Shown here one piece after another: positions 12,603 to 26,935 of a stretch of 64,000 nucleotides of DNA. Positions within the stretch are counted from its first letter, which is position 1, and every line of letters starts with the position of its first letter. This DNA comes from Yuukianura sp. NJ FZ-2021 (Eukaryota). The position numbers and the translations under genes are program-made. The stretch covers positions 9,548,001 through 9,612,000 of the forward strand of contig CM102285.1 in assembly GCA_046563655.1 (NCBI GenBank), read 5' to 3'. The notes beneath the pieces were generated by a model, which worked only from the letters and a program-made list of their open reading frames with translations, did not search any database and was not told the DNA's origin.

Positions 12603-15600
12603 ATGGCATCAGCGTTTCAAAAAAGACCTCTTCCATATCATTTTCCAAATAGAGTTCAACAAAGTTTCATTTCCTGTGTTCAGTTGTGCTTCACTTGCAC
12701 AAAAATAAGAGCGCTTCAGGATTGTACATCAGTTGTTCTGGAATTTCAAAATTTACCCAACAACTTCGATACGAAATCTAATATTTTACAGGTCATTTGC
12801 CAACTACTTAGAGTTCAATGGGTGTCAGTGGAATCTCTTCAACTGGATGATGGAAACCTACCATTTTGTCCATCCTGTCTTAAAGCCATCACAGAAATCA
12901 TCATCCTCAGGGAAAAATTGTTTCAAATTGAAACAGAAATTAGAGAAAAACTCAGAAAACTGGAGGCGTCTGTGGCTGAAACTTTTGAAAACGATGTGAT
13001 GGAAAAGACTCCAGGGCTCGATTAAGTACGATGACCTTAGAATTATGTTTCAAAAACAAGTGCTGGAGGGTGAGTAAAGGTCAATCACATCATATCAGAT
13101 CAAGTTATTAAAACTTCATTATTAATCAAAATTGTTCTTATAGAGTACTTGAATAAGGAACTACTTCAAGAAAAAATCGCGGAGATGAACCTAACTTCGG
13201 ATGCTTTCATAGCGGAATCAATTCCATCGTTGGTTCAATTTCATTTCGAAAAGAACGTGTTTTCGGTTAATGACAAAAAGCCGTCTTCGGAGGTCAAACC
13301 CATTGACTTTCCAGTCATAATGAGTGATGCATCAACTGATACCACGGATTTAGACATGGCTGACGAAAATTTAATGACATTCGCCTCCAAAGTTGAATTT
13401 GTAGATGAAGATGATGAAATGCCTCCAGTGCTTGAAGCAGAAGGGACTTGTGCAATTATTCAACTAACGGCTTCGACTGAGGAAAACTTTACGCTTATTC
13501 CTGTATGTCACGAAACAAGCGTAAGCGACGATAGTGATTACGGCTCTCCGAGGTAAAACGTTTTCAACAATTACATTATCTCATGATAATTTTCAGTTGA
13601 AAAAGGCTTGCTGACTAAGTTAATTGAAGGGAATGCTAGTCTATCTCAACTCATATATTCTAGGCTTGTTTTTCGAAAATTGAAAACTCTTCTAAGAATT
13701 GAAATTCGAAAACTTAAAAGATTTCGGTGAAAAAGGCTTTTGGTCTGCAGGATTCGTGATTTTGGTTTTTTTTTTTCAGCAAAAAGTCAAGAAGCGACAT
13801 AATTTCTAGCGCACTTTCTCCGCTCGAAAAGAATGAAAAAGAAAGAAAAGCTGCCGTTTCTTTTCCAACAAGGAAGAAATTCGTTAGTACTGTGAAAACA
13901 AAACTGAAAAACAAAAATTCAATTTCCAAAGTCAAACTCAGTTCGCCCAACGCATGTTCAGTGGCCCCGCGTCTGAAAAATTTTAAACCAAATAATATTT
14001 CTGGTAGTAGTTTGAAACGCCAAAACCCTCTGGGTAAGTATTCAAACCATTCCTATTCAACATACCAAAAAAATTTATCTCCCAAAATAAAATATAAGCC
14101 TATCGACTTCCTAGACCAGACGTTGCTTACTTTCAAAAATGCAAAATTTCGAAATTTCAAACCGGAGTAAACGAAATAAAGGGAGATTAAAACCCAAATT
14201 TCAAACAACTTCAGAAAATAATGAAAACTAAAAATACTGAATTTTTGTTAGCTTCAGGCTTTGACGAGGACGTTGCCGCTGACGAGGACGATGGTTCGGA
14301 TTGGGAGCTGGACGAGAAAGGTGATTCGGCAGCATCCGAGTCCAGATCAAGTGACAGTGATACTGATAAATCCGAATCCGATGGTGATGCTATAAATGAA
14401 GAGCCGGAAGTCAAACTCGAGGAATCGGAAAATTCAGTGGCAGAACTTTGCAGAAAGCACACTTTCAAGCCAAAGCATTCCCTTCGCCCTACGTCCAAAC
14501 ATGAAAAAAATGAACGAACATTTGTTAATGTTGTTCAAGAGGAAGCAACATTTACGGGAAAAGACAAAACAGTTTGGAAAACTATAGAACCCAACCAGAA
14601 GAGACAGACAAGAGCTTATGAAGTTCTCAGAGAGAAAGGCGGCTTGTTGGGCCCAGCGAAGGACAGCACACTGACTCCAACTCAAATTTTTAAATTGATG
14701 TTCCCACCGTCCATCGTAGAAACCATTGTTAAACACACTACGCATTGTTAAACGCTTACGCTACGCATGTATATAAAGCGAATCCAAAGACGAACCCAGC
14801 GGGTATCGTGATAAAATGGTCACCTATTACGTTGGAGGAAATGTATGGCTACATTGGAATCCTCCTCTATTTGGGAGCTGAGAAGCGGTAAACAAAACAA
14901 CGCTTATGGGCGCCAACTTACGTTATGTGACTGAAATTTTTTTTTTAGATTTTTAGGAACCGAAGAATCCAACCAACTATTTTGGGAACTTATTTAGGAG
15001 CAATGTTTTTAGTATTGTACTTGTATTTTGTTGTTAATTATGTTTCAGCAATACACCGCTACGGCTCGTGTGGACATCGGACGAACGGTATTCCGTCCCC
15101 ACTGTAGTAGCCACAATGAGCAGGCAAAGATTTTATTCAATTCACGGTTTTCTAAGGTTCGATGACAAAGTTGCCCGCATGTCATCAACACCGGAAATGG
15201 AAGTAGAAGAAGACGAGAGTTCCAATTCCAAATTCTGTTATATTTCTGAAGTATTTGAGCCATTTGTGGAAAACATGCAGAAATACTTGCGTCCATACGA
15301 CACTCTCGTTGTGGATGAAATTCTGGTCAAGTTTAGGGGAAGTGCCAAATTCCGAGTTTACATGAAATCCAAGCCAGGAAAGTATGACCAGCATGGCTAA
15401 ATTACTCTAGTGTGCGAATTATTAAAATGATTTAATACGCATTTGCTTTAAGGTTTGGAATGAAGTTATGGGCTGTATGTGACGTTGAAACTGGATACGT
15501 TTTGAAGGTTGACCTCTATAAAGGGAAAGTTGGCGACAAAGTGGAGCGGGAGCATGGGAAGAAAGTGGTTTTGAATTTGGTAAAGAAGTACTTTGGTTCT

Positions 15601-16654
15601 GGACGTGGAGTGACGATGGACAACTTCTTTACGTCCAAATCCCTCGGTGAAGAACTGATTAAGCAGAAGATGTCGATGCTTGGAACGCTTAATCGTAATC
15701 GAATGGATGTCATTCCGCAGTTTGTGGATCCTAAAGGAAGGGAACTCTTGTCTTCAGTATTTGCTTTCCATGGAGACTTTACAATGGTAAACTTTCTTTC
15801 CATACTTTCACCAAACTTATTGAGTTCAATTTCAAAACACATAGGACAATTTCCAATTTCATCAAATAATTGTGCATCGTATGTAAATTTTTAGGTTTCA
15901 TACGTTCCAAAGAAGAACAGATCCGTGTTGCTGTTGTCAACTCAGCATCATTCCGCGGAAATTGATTCGCAGCGTCCGTTTAAACCTAGGATGATCCTAG
16001 ACTACAACATGACAAAGTCAGGAATAGACACCGCAGACTTTATGATTGCGAACTTGTCTTGTCAGCGGGTAACTGCAAGGTAAACCTTCCTGTTCCACAT
16101 GGAAAGTAGGAAAAGTAGGAAATTCAACTTTCATCATTTTCAGATGGCCGGTGAAAATTTTTCAAGCACTTTTGGACATTGCTGCTCTCAACGCATACGT
16201 CATCTACAAAATACACAAAAGCTCCTCGGCTGACTTTCGTCGCACTAGTCGCAGAATGTTTGTGAGGAGTCTTTCGGAGGGACTCATGGAACCTCTAATT
16301 TCAACAAGATTTAAAAGAATGCCTCAGACAACAAGCTACCTTGACAGAATCCTTGAAAAACTTGGCTACAGTAAAGTTGAAGATGAAACACTGGAAAGCC
16401 GAATAGCAAACGCCCTTGAAACTGACAAACCCAAAGGCCTGCCGCTAGCAAGAGGACGCTGTACATTTTGTCGCAAATGGGGAAGTGGAACGACACACTC
16501 AAGGACAAGATGCACTTCATGCCAGAAGTTTGTTTGTGCTAAATGTGGTACAAAAATTAACCATTGTCCAAGTCCAAAATGTGCATACATCCGAGTACCG
16601 CCACCGCCACCGCCACCTAAAAAAAGCCTTCTGTCGAGTTTCAACTCATTATAG
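12603..16654 (+). pseudogene. ZAD-like domain-piggyBac transposase fusion, copy 1 (frameshifted)
   Basis: Same 8-exon layout as the other copies: CFTC...LPFCPSC, then VVDEIL, TMDNFFTS, KSGIDTAD and a Cys-rich tail. A ~5-nt deletion near 13013 gives a stop at 13023-13025, and an 11-nt insertion near 14740 gives a stop at 14749-14751. Confidence 0.8.
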
Positions 16655-17501
16655 AGTTCTTACCTTGTAAAAGTTTACTACGTATGGTTTGAATTCACTC
16701 TAAAAAAAAGAGAACGAGAACTATTATAATCTTTTAGTTATGTCGCTAGTCGTGATTTTCTGCAAAACTTATTGTTAGATCAGGTTTTTTTTAAGACAAT
16801 TAGAATTGATGTGAATGTAAAGCTCTCATGGGTTGAGAACTTTCACTTTGTTTGGTCCTGTAACTTCTTGTGCAATACTATTTTTGTTATACATAAAAAT
16901 AAAAGTTATGTAATGCGTAGGAAATACTGATTCTCTATTTGTAATTAAAAAGTTTTCTAAATTGTTTGAATTTATAGGAATTTCCCTTCAAATTGATTTG
17001 CCGAAGGTATTCATCAAAGTTTTAAAATTCGAGAAATTGTTTTGCAAATTCAAAACAGCGGCATGATGTAGTATGTTACAGAATGCGTTTTGCTTTTAGA
17101 ACTTATTTGTTCGTGATTAACTTTAACAATCTAATCCATTCTTCCTTTTATTTTTAAAGCCTTCATTTTAAGTTTTTATAAGTTGATAGTAAGAGTAAGA
17201 CCTAAGACGAGCGCACTTAGTAGATAAGTGCGTTTACATCGAAAGAAGTAGGGTCTTGGTGATACACGCAGTGCTTCACGCATTGAAGCCACGCACGAAC
17301 CAAGCCGAGTCATCGAAAATATACGAAACCAAAAGAAAAATAGAGTTGTAAAACGCCAAGGACAAAGGGTAGTACGTAGGGGAAACATCATAAACTTATA
17401 GCATACTAGCATCTTGTTAAACGAGAAACATAAGAGGAAATCCGATTTTCATAAACTTTTTAGTTTACTAAATTAGGTGAATAATATAACAATTTATTTA
17501 A

Positions 17502-17601
17502 NNNNNNNNNNNNNNNNNNNNNNNNNNNNNNNNNNNNNNNNNNNNNNNNNNNNNNNNNNNNNNNNNNNNNNNNNNNNNNNNNNNNNNNNNNNNNNNNNNN
17601 N
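17502..17601. other. Assembly gap (100 N)
   Basis: Run of 100 N, a fixed-size scaffolding gap. Confidence 0.99.
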
Positions 17602-20600
17602 CAGGCTCCTCGGTGGGGCTTACCTTAGACTGCGTCTGTATCCCTAATCGAATGACTTGTTCCGAGGTCATGGGCTCTCCAGTCTTGGGATTGACGAAGC
17701 AGCCCTTCGTTAGATCATACCATCCTAATCGAATGGCATCCAGAAGTGTAAGCTCAGTTCCAGTCTTTGGATCAACGAGGCCACAAGTACCCAGTAACTT
17801 CTGAACAATTCCTGAGTCCAGAACGTAGCCCTGCTCCGCTGCCTCTGTGAGGCTCAGACGACGATTTGTCTTCGGATCAACGAATTCTCCCGTCTTAATG
17901 TCAATGAGTCCGCAACCAATAGCTTGAGCAAGGGTTAGTTTCTCTCGCGTTAGTGGATCAATTAGTAAAGGAACTAGAATTGCAGTTTCCGTTGAGATTC
18001 CTTCTTCCGGTTTTCGGGCTGAGCGGATTTGTGAGAAATGCAGTTTCGGTGTAATTGGAGAACCGACGAGCTCTCCGTTACCGTTCGGCTCTGCATTTCC
18101 GTTCGTATCTCCATTTTTGAGGTGAGTAATTGACCGCTTCTTGGGAGCTGGAGCTGAATTTAGTGTAATTTCGACCGAGGTTCGCTGCATAACGTTATTG
18201 TCAATGGTATCCTCATCCCTAAACAAAAAAAAATCAAATGCATCACGCATGTGTTGAAAATTACTTTCGATGCTCGAATTGTATACTTACATAGGCGTTA
18301 GATCCCGTGATGCTGAGCGATAAGTTCGTAATGGACTAGGTGCAGGTACTTTGGAGATGGAGAACTGAAAACGGAAGCCAAATCAAAATCAATACTGAAA
18401 CTTAGACTTATAAAGCTGACTAGAATCTAAAAACAATAAAAGTGTCTAAACGTATCCTTACATCTGTGGACGGTTCCTCTTGTTTGATCGCAGTAGACAA
18501 TTGTTGGAGTCTGTGAAACAAACTGTCAACCAGAACTTGGTACTTGAGATTGAGGAGATCCAAATTTTTCTGAATCGTTTCAGGGGCTGACTCCAACCTG
18601 GGCTTCTTGACTAGACTTCCCTCTAAAGCAGGATGATAAGGTTCCAAACTTGAACGGAATTCATCCAATGTCGTGTCATAAGTCTGTTAATTGTGTTAAA
18701 AGTTAGATTTTACTTTCTTTTTAATCTTAGCTTATAAGCACATTAATAATACTTTGAAATAGTAGAAGCAGTGAAAGCACGAATTGATCAGCGTCATAGA
18801 AAAAGAATCAGAAGAGACGTTTCTTATCAAAAACCTCTAGGTTTCCGTAAGAAACGTTGTGCACAAGTACTACTGTTTAGTTGCGATCTGCGCGCCCAGT
18901 CACCCAAGATGGTTTAAATTCTGGTAGAAAATTATTTGTGTAACTTCAAATTAGTTAACGTTAGATGTTTCAATGAAATATTGAGTGTTAACATTTTAGG
19001 AACAAAAAAATTAGCTTCGAATTGAAAAGTATAAGTTACCATTGACGAACGGGAGAATTCAGTAGAAAGGAATTCAAAATAATTTCAATTCTATCAAAAT
19101 TGGAAGTAAAAATCTCTCCCAACCTAAGCATTCCAGAAACTTTTGACGCAATACGAACAACACCAAACAGCACAAAACGCTAACACAACGGACATGTACG
19201 AACGCTGATTTCGTTTCAACTTGGACAAAACCATCAGTGCACTTCACAAGGCATCAACATCCCACAGCAAATTACAAAAAGAAAAACAAAGAACAAATAA
19301 GAATCTTACCTTAGCTTCCTTTGCCAATCTAGCACCCATTGTATTCACTTGCTCAATTGTAATCTTCTCTTCTATCACACTATTGTAAAGCGTCTGCAAA
19401 AAATAATTTCAATTCTTAGTTAGTTGTGAAGTTAACATTAAAAAACTTACAGTAAAGATTAAAAAACGTAAAGTTTAGCTTTACCATGTGAGGTTGAATT
19501 TTGGTTTTAGCTCGTCCACTTTCCATCAACGGAAGCGCTTTTGTCTTTGTATCAATTGTGTCCAACCAGTTCATCTCCTTTTGATATGAACTGTTGTAGT
19601 GAGATGCCAGTTCAGAAGTTTGTTCAACTGCTCGAATTCTAAAAATCAAACAAAATCATCCGCTGAAGTAAATTCATTGTTCAATTGCTTTTAAAAGTGG
19701 AACCTCCGCCCCGGAATCACACAATTAACAAGAAAAATAAACTAATCGAAGCTCAACCACAAATTTTACCGATCAGCGATTTGGGAAGTTGCATTTGACC
19801 ACCGGGTTGTCGCTCGATGAACTTCGTCTTCAAGTTTCTCCACGTCGGGATGTCGTTTTTGAGATCCCCGAGACTTTTCAACCACACTCCGAACGCTCTT
19901 CGTTTCCTCGACCAATTCCTCAACAATGTGTTGATTAATTTGCGAATTATTTTGTAGATTGAACAAATCTTCAGAAACCTGCGGAAGAAGTTAGTACAAC
20001 AATCAATAAGTTTTTTTTTGAAAAAGCTGCAGTATTGGTTTTCCATACCTTTCGGATTTCGTTTTCTTCGGTGGGTAAATTTTCGTATGAAGCCAGCTTC
20101 ATCTCAAACTTGGAAACCATGGCCGTAGTTTCTTCCAGATTGTTCAAAACTACCTCAACGACTTTGATCCGTTCGACGTAGAGGTGAGAGAGATTCCAAA
20201 CTCGTTCCCAACTTTCCACAACTTTGTCCATCTTGGCTTGAAGTGGAGCTGACTTCTGTGGAATACTTGAGTAAGTTTTTTGTACTGTTTGAATTCGGGA
20301 CTCAAAAGTTTCCAACTTGGACTCAAATTCTCTGTGTTCAAGGATCATTCGATCAAGGCCATCGAGATCACGAGGGAGAGCAGCGTTTACGCGACTCGTC
20401 AAGTTGCGTTCAGCGTCTTCCAAATCAGTTTGCAACGATTGTACTTGAGAGGTAAAGGCTTTGGTCGTAGTCTTTGATTCTGTAAAACAAAAACAAAATT
20501 ATTAAAAACCAATTTCTAAATAAACGACATCTTCCTAGCAAATCTAATAGCAGTAAATTGTTCATCTTCACTGACTTTCTGCATCTAATGCTTCCTTTTC

Positions 20601-21634
20601 GAATTGATCAAAGAGACGGTTGACTTCTTCGATTTCACGACGCAGCCTTCTCAATGCTGGGTCGTTTGGATCGCCTTCTTGAATCAATTTCTCGGCGTCT
20701 TCATTCAGAGCCTTCCTAATTGCATTTCTCTGCTCGGTGCCCATAGCGAGGAATTGACTCAAATCCCAACTCTTCACAACTTTGATGGTAGCAAAGATCA
20801 TATTTTGTCGCATTTTCAGTTGCTTCTTCTGCCAAAGCGTCACACATCGGTCGTATTGCTTTCGAATCCGATCCGCGGCATCGATTGCCTCTTTATCTGG
20901 CGGTGGAATGAGAAAGCACACGCCTGGAACCATCCCTTCCAAGCCTGAGGAGTTTCGTACTCTCCAACGAACACGTTGACTGTTGTCCAGCAAAACACAG
21001 CGCTCGTCCTTGGCAATGATCATTTGCTGCTGTAAAATCAGATAAGTTCAGGTTAATCAAAACAGTCAACCTCATAAATCCAGTTTCAAAGAATATAACA
21101 AGTACAACTTACATTGTTTTGTCGGTAGCTGCAAATTGCTGTCACTGTAAGTGGACGAGATACATTTGTTTTTCGTTGTTTCAGAGGAATAATTTCCCCA
21201 CTTTCGTTACTGATCGCTTGCACAAATTCTCCAAATCTAGTCAGTTCATTGCGCAGTTCCTGCATCTCTTTCAGCAAAATCTCGCCTTCATCAAGACTAA
21301 AATCAGCTTGGCTGAAAATGGAATTGAGAAGTTCCTCTTGTCTAAAAAAAAAATGAAATGTATTTACAAACTGCCATTTGCAAAATATCATGTGGTTGCC
21401 GTAAACAAGGGCTGTTCCATAGTTTCCACAAAGGGAAAGGTATGTACCTTGCGATGCTTTGTTCACACTCCCGAACATTAGAGAAATATTGCTGGTAAGT
21501 AGCCACATATTTGAGATGCGTTTCGAGACACAGCGTAAGTTGTAGGAGCCATGCCCACTGCGTCTGCATGGAGGACATGTAGGTTTCGATGCATTTGGAA
21601 GCCGGGTGATGTTGAAGAACTAGAGACTCTCCAC
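17602..21634 (-). CDS. shot: Internal fragment of a spectraplakin (short stop/dystonin/MACF1-like): plakin spectrin repeats, SH3 and plectin repeats
   Basis: HHPASKCIETYMSSMQTQWAWLLQL (plakin domain); IIPLKQRK...AICSYRQ...CVLLDNSQRVRWRV...VPGVCFLIPPPD (plakin SH3); plectin repeats LIDPLTREKLTLAQAI, FVDPKTNRRLSLTEA and LVDPKTGTELTLLDAI. Truncated by gaps at both ends. Confidence 0.88.
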
Positions 21635-21734
21635 NNNNNNNNNNNNNNNNNNNNNNNNNNNNNNNNNNNNNNNNNNNNNNNNNNNNNNNNNNNNNNNNNN
21701 NNNNNNNNNNNNNNNNNNNNNNNNNNNNNNNNNN
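21635..21734. other. Assembly gap (100 N)
   Basis: Run of 100 N. Confidence 0.99.
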
Positions 21735-24700
21735 CATTGGAAAATAACTTTTCCATTGGAAAATAACTTTTCCATTGGAAAATAACTTTTCCATTGGAAA
21801 ATAACTTTTCCATTGGAAAATAACTTTTCCATTGGAAAATAACTTTTCCATTGGAAAATAACTTTTCCATTGGAAAATAACTTTTCCATTGGAAAATAAC
21901 TTTTCCATTGGAAAATAACTTTTCCATTGGAAAATAACTTTTCCATTGGAAAATAACTTTTCCATTGGAAAATAACTTTTCCATTGGAAAATAACTTTTC
22001 CATTGGAAAATAACTTTTCCATTGGAAAATAACTTTTCCATTGGAAAATAACTTTTCCATTGGAAAATAACTTTTCCATTGGAAAATAACTTTTCCATTG
22101 GAAAATAACTTTTCCATTGGAAAATAACTTTTCCATTGGAAAATAACTTTTCCATTGGAAAATAACTTTTCCATTGGAAAATAACTTTTCCATTGGAAAA
22201 TAACTTTTCCATTGGAAAATAACTTTTCCATTGGAAAATAACTTTTCCATTGGAAAATAACTTTTCCATTGGAAAATAACTTTTCCATTGGAAAATAACT
22301 TTTCCATTGGAAAATAACTTTTCCATTGGAAAATAACTTTTCCATTGGAAAATAACTTTTCCATTGGAAAATAACTTTTCCATTGGAAAATAACTTTTCC
22401 ATTGGAAAATAACTTTTCCATTGGAAAATAACTTTTCCATTGGAAAATAACTTTTCCATTGGAAAATAACTTTTCCATTGGAAAATAACTTTTCCATTGG
22501 AAAATAACTTTTCCATTGGAAAATAACTTTTCCATTGGAAAATAACTTTTCCATTGGAAAATAACTTTTCCATTGGAAAATAACTTTTCCATTGGAAAAT
22601 AACTTTTCCATTGGAAAATAACTTTTCCATTGGAAAATAACTTTTCCATTGGAAAATAACTTTTCCATTGGAAAATAACTTTTCCATTGGAAAATAACTT
22701 TTCCATTGGAAAATAACTTTTCCATTGGAAAATAACTTTTCCATTGGAAAATAACTTTTCCATTGGAAAATAACTTTTCCATTGGAAAATAACTTTTCCA
22801 TTGGAAAATAACTTTTCCATTGGAAAATAACTTTTCCATTGGAAAATAACTTTTCCATTGGAAAATAACTTTTCCATTGGAAAATAACTTTTCCATTGGA
22901 AAATAACTTTTCCATTGGAAAATAACTTTTCCATTGGAAAATAACTTTTCCATTGGAAAATAACTTTTCCATTGGAAAATAACTTTTCCATTGGAAAATA
23001 ACTTTTCCATTGGAAAATAACTTTTCCATTGGAAAATAACTTTTCCATTGGAAAATAACTTTTCCATTGGAAAATAACTTTTCCATTGGAAAATAACTTT
23101 TCCATTGGAAAATAACTTTTCCATTGGAAAATAACTTTTCCATTGGAAAATAACTTTTCCATTGGAAAATAACTTTTCCATTGGAAAATAACTTTTCCAT
23201 TGGAAAATAACTTTTCCATTGGAAAATAACTTTTCCATTGGAAAATAACTTTTCCATTGGAAAATAACTTTTCCATTGGAAAATAACTTTTCCATTGGAA
23301 AATAACTTTTCCATTGGAAAATAACTTTTCCATTGGAAAATAACTTTTCCATTGGAAAATAACTTTTCCATTGGAAAATAACTTTTCCATTGGAAAATAA
23401 CTTTTCCATTGGAAAATAACTTTTCCATTGGAAAATAACTTTTCCATTGGAAAATAACTTTTCCATTGGAAAATAACTTTTCCATTGGAAAATAACTTTT
23501 CCATTGGAAAATAACTTTTCCATTGGAAAATAACTTTTCCATTGGAAAATAACTTTTCCATTGGAAAATAACTTTTCCATTGGAAAATAACTTTTCCATT
23601 GGAAAATAACTTTTCCATTGGAAAATAACTTTTCCATTGGAAAATAACTTTTCCATTGGAAAATAACTTTTCCATTGGAAAATAACTTTTCCATTGGAAA
23701 ATAACTTTTCCATTCGAAAATAACTTTTCCATTGGAAAACAAATTTTCCAGTGGAAAATAAATTTTACAGTGGAGAATAACTTTTCCATTGGAAAATAAA
23801 TTTTCCATTGGAAAATAACTTTTCCATTGGAAAATAACTTTTCCATTGGAAAATAACTTTTCCATTGGAAAATAACTTTTCCATTGGAAAATAACTTTTC
23901 CATTGGAAAATAACTTTTCCATTGGAAAATAACTTTTCCATTGGAAAATAACTTTTCCATTGGAAAATAACTTTTCCATTGGAAAATAACTTTTCCATTG
24001 GAAAATAACTTTTCCATTGGAAAATAACTTTTCCATTGGAAAATAACTTTTCCATTGGAAAATAACTTTTCCATTGGAAAATAACTTTTCCATTGGAAAA
24101 TAACTTTTCCATTGGAAAATAACTTTTCCATTGGAAAATAACTTTTCCATTGGAAAATAACTTTTCCATTGGAAAATAACTTTTCCATTGGAAAATAACT
24201 TTTCCATTGGAAAATAACTTTTCCATTGGAAAATAACTTTTCCATTGGAAAATAACTTTTCCATTGGAAAATAACTTTTCCATTGGAAAATAACTTTTCC
24301 ATTGGAAAATAACTTTTCCATTGGAAAATAAATTTTCCAGTGGAAAATAACTTTTCCATTGGAAAATAAATTTTCCAGTGGAAAATAACTTTTCCATTGG
24401 AAAATAACTTTTCCATTGGAAAATAACTTTTCCATTGGAAAATAACTTTTCCATTGGAAAATAACTTTTCCATTGGAAAATAACTTTTCCATTGGAAAAT
24501 AACTTTTCCATTGGAAAATAACTTTTCCATTGGAAAATAACTTTTCCATTGGAAAATAACTTTTCCATTGGAAAATAACTTTTCCATTGGAAAATAACTT
24601 TTCCATTGGAAAATAACTTTTCCATTGGAAAATAAATTTTCCATTGGAAAATAACTTTTCCATTGGAAAATAACTTTTCCATTGGAAAATAACTTTTCCA

Positions 24701-26764
24701 TTGGAAAATAACTTTTCCATTGGAAAATAACTTTTCCATTGGAAAATAACTTTTCCATTGGAAAATAACTTTTCCATTGGAAAATAACTTTTCCATTGGA
24801 AAATAACTTTTCCATTGGAAAATAACTTTTCCATTGGAAAATAACTTTTCCATTGGAAAATAACTTTTCCATTGGAAAATAACTTTTCCATTGGAAAATA
24901 ACTTTTCCATTGGAAAATAACTTTTCCATTGGAAAATAACTTTTCCATTGGAAAATAACTTTTCCATTGGAAAATAACTTTTCCATTGGAAAATAACTTT
25001 TCCATTGGAAAATAACTTTTCCATTGGAAAATAACTTTTCCATTGGAAAATAACTTTTCCATTGGAAAATAACTTTTCCATTGGAAAATAACTTTTCCAT
25101 TGGAAAATAACTTTTCCATTGGAAAATAACTTTTCCATTGGAAAATAACTTTTCCATTGGAAAATAACTTTTCCATTGGAAAATAACTTTTCCATTGGAA
25201 AATAACTTTTCCATTGGAAAATAACTTTTCCATTGGAAAATAACTTTTCCATTGGAAAATAACTTTTCCATTGGAAAATAACTTTTCCATTGGAAAATAA
25301 CTTTTCCATTGGAAAATAACTTTTCCATTGGAAAATAACTTTTCCATTGGAAAATAACTTTTCCATTGGAAAATAACTTTTCCATTGGAAAATAACTTTT
25401 CCATTGGAAAATAACTTTTCCATTGGAAAATAACTTTTCCAGTGGAAAATAACTTTTCCATTGGAAAATAACTTTTCCAGTGGAAAATAACTTTTCCATT
25501 GGAAAATAACTTTTCCATTGGAAAATAACTTTTCCATTGGAAAATAACTTTTCCATTGGAAAATAACTTTTCCATTGGAAAATAACTTTTCCATTGGAAA
25601 ATAACTTTTCCATTGGAAAATAACTTTTCCATTGGAAAATAACTTTTCCAGTGGAAAATAACTTTTCCATTGGAAAATAACTTTTCCATTGGAAAATAAC
25701 TTTTCCATTGGAAAATAACTTTTCCATTGGAAAATAAATTTTCCATTGGAAAATAACTTTTCCATTGGAAAATAACTTTTCCATTGGAAAATAACTTTTC
25801 CATTGGAAAATAACTTTTCCATTGGAAAATAACTTTTCCATTGGAAAATAACTTTTCCATTGGAAAATAACTTTTCCATTGGAAAATAACTTTTCCATTG
25901 GAAAATAACTTTTCCATTGGAAAATAACTTTTCCATTGGAAAATAACTTTTCCATTGGAAAATAACTTTTCCATTGGAAAATAACTTTTCCATTGGAAAA
26001 TAACTTTTCCATTGGAAAATAACTTTTCCATTGGAAAATAACTTTTCCATTGGAAAATAACTTTTCCATTGGAAAATAACTTTTCCATTGGAAAATAACT
26101 TTTCCATTGGAAAATAACTTTTCCATTGGAAAATAACTTTTCCATTGGAAAATAACTTTTCCATTGGAAAATAACTTTTCCATTGGAAAATAACTTTTCC
26201 ATTGGAAAATAACTTTTCCATTGGAAAATAACTTTTCCATTGGAAAATAACTTTTCCATTGGAAAATAACTTTTCCATTGGAAAATAACTTTTCCATTGG
26301 AAAATAACTTTTCCATTGGAAAATAACTTTTCCATTGGAAAATAACTTTTCCATTGGAAAATAACTTTTCCATTGGAAAATAACTTTTCCATTGGAAAAT
26401 AACTTTTCCATTGGAAAATAACTTTTCCATTGGAAAATAACTTTTCCATTGGAAAATAACTTTTCCATTGGAAAATAACTTTTCCATTGGAAAATAACTT
26501 TTCCATTGGAAAATAACTTTTCCATTGGAAAATAACTTTTCCATTGGAAAATAACTTTTCCATTGGAAAATAACTTTTCCATTGGAAAATAACTTTTCCA
26601 TTGGAAAATAACTTTTCCATTGGAAAATAACTTTTCCATTGGAAAATAACTTTTCCATTGGAAAATAACTTTTCCATTGGAAAATAACTTTTCCATTGGA
26701 AAATAACTTTTCCATTGGAAAATAACTTTTCCATTGGAAAATAACTTTTCCATTGGAAACTAAC
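21735..26764. repeat. 19-bp tandem satellite (CCATTGGAAAATAACTTTT)n, about 265 units
   Basis: 5030 bp of near-perfect 19-mer. A few variant units occur near 23710-23810, 24330-24380, 24635, 25440-25480, 25650 and 25737. Bounded by gaps on both sides. Confidence 0.98.
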
Positions 26765-26864
26765 NNNNNNNNNNNNNNNNNNNNNNNNNNNNNNNNNNNN
26801 NNNNNNNNNNNNNNNNNNNNNNNNNNNNNNNNNNNNNNNNNNNNNNNNNNNNNNNNNNNNNNNN
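26765..26864. other. Assembly gap (100 N)
   Basis: Run of 100 N. Confidence 0.99.
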
Positions 26865-26935
26865 TTTTCATAAACTTTTTAGTTTATTAAGTTAGATTAT
26901 AATATAGCAATTTATTTAACTATATAATTTACAAA

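Noticed and set aside
17602..21634. shot exons captured by, or nested within, the transposase array
   Set aside because: The fragment is bounded by 100-N gaps and the outer flanks overlap each other, so scaffolding error is the simpler explanation.
21735..26764. CRISPR-like array of palindromic repeats
   Set aside because: No unique spacers, no cas genes, and the context is eukaryotic; this is a plain tandem satellite.
21342..26871. Giant minus-strand ORFs of (MEKLFSNGKVIFQWKSYFP)n
   Set aside because: Artefact of a 19-bp satellite that lacks stops on one strand. The same peptide appears in all three frames and two of the ORFs read through N gaps.
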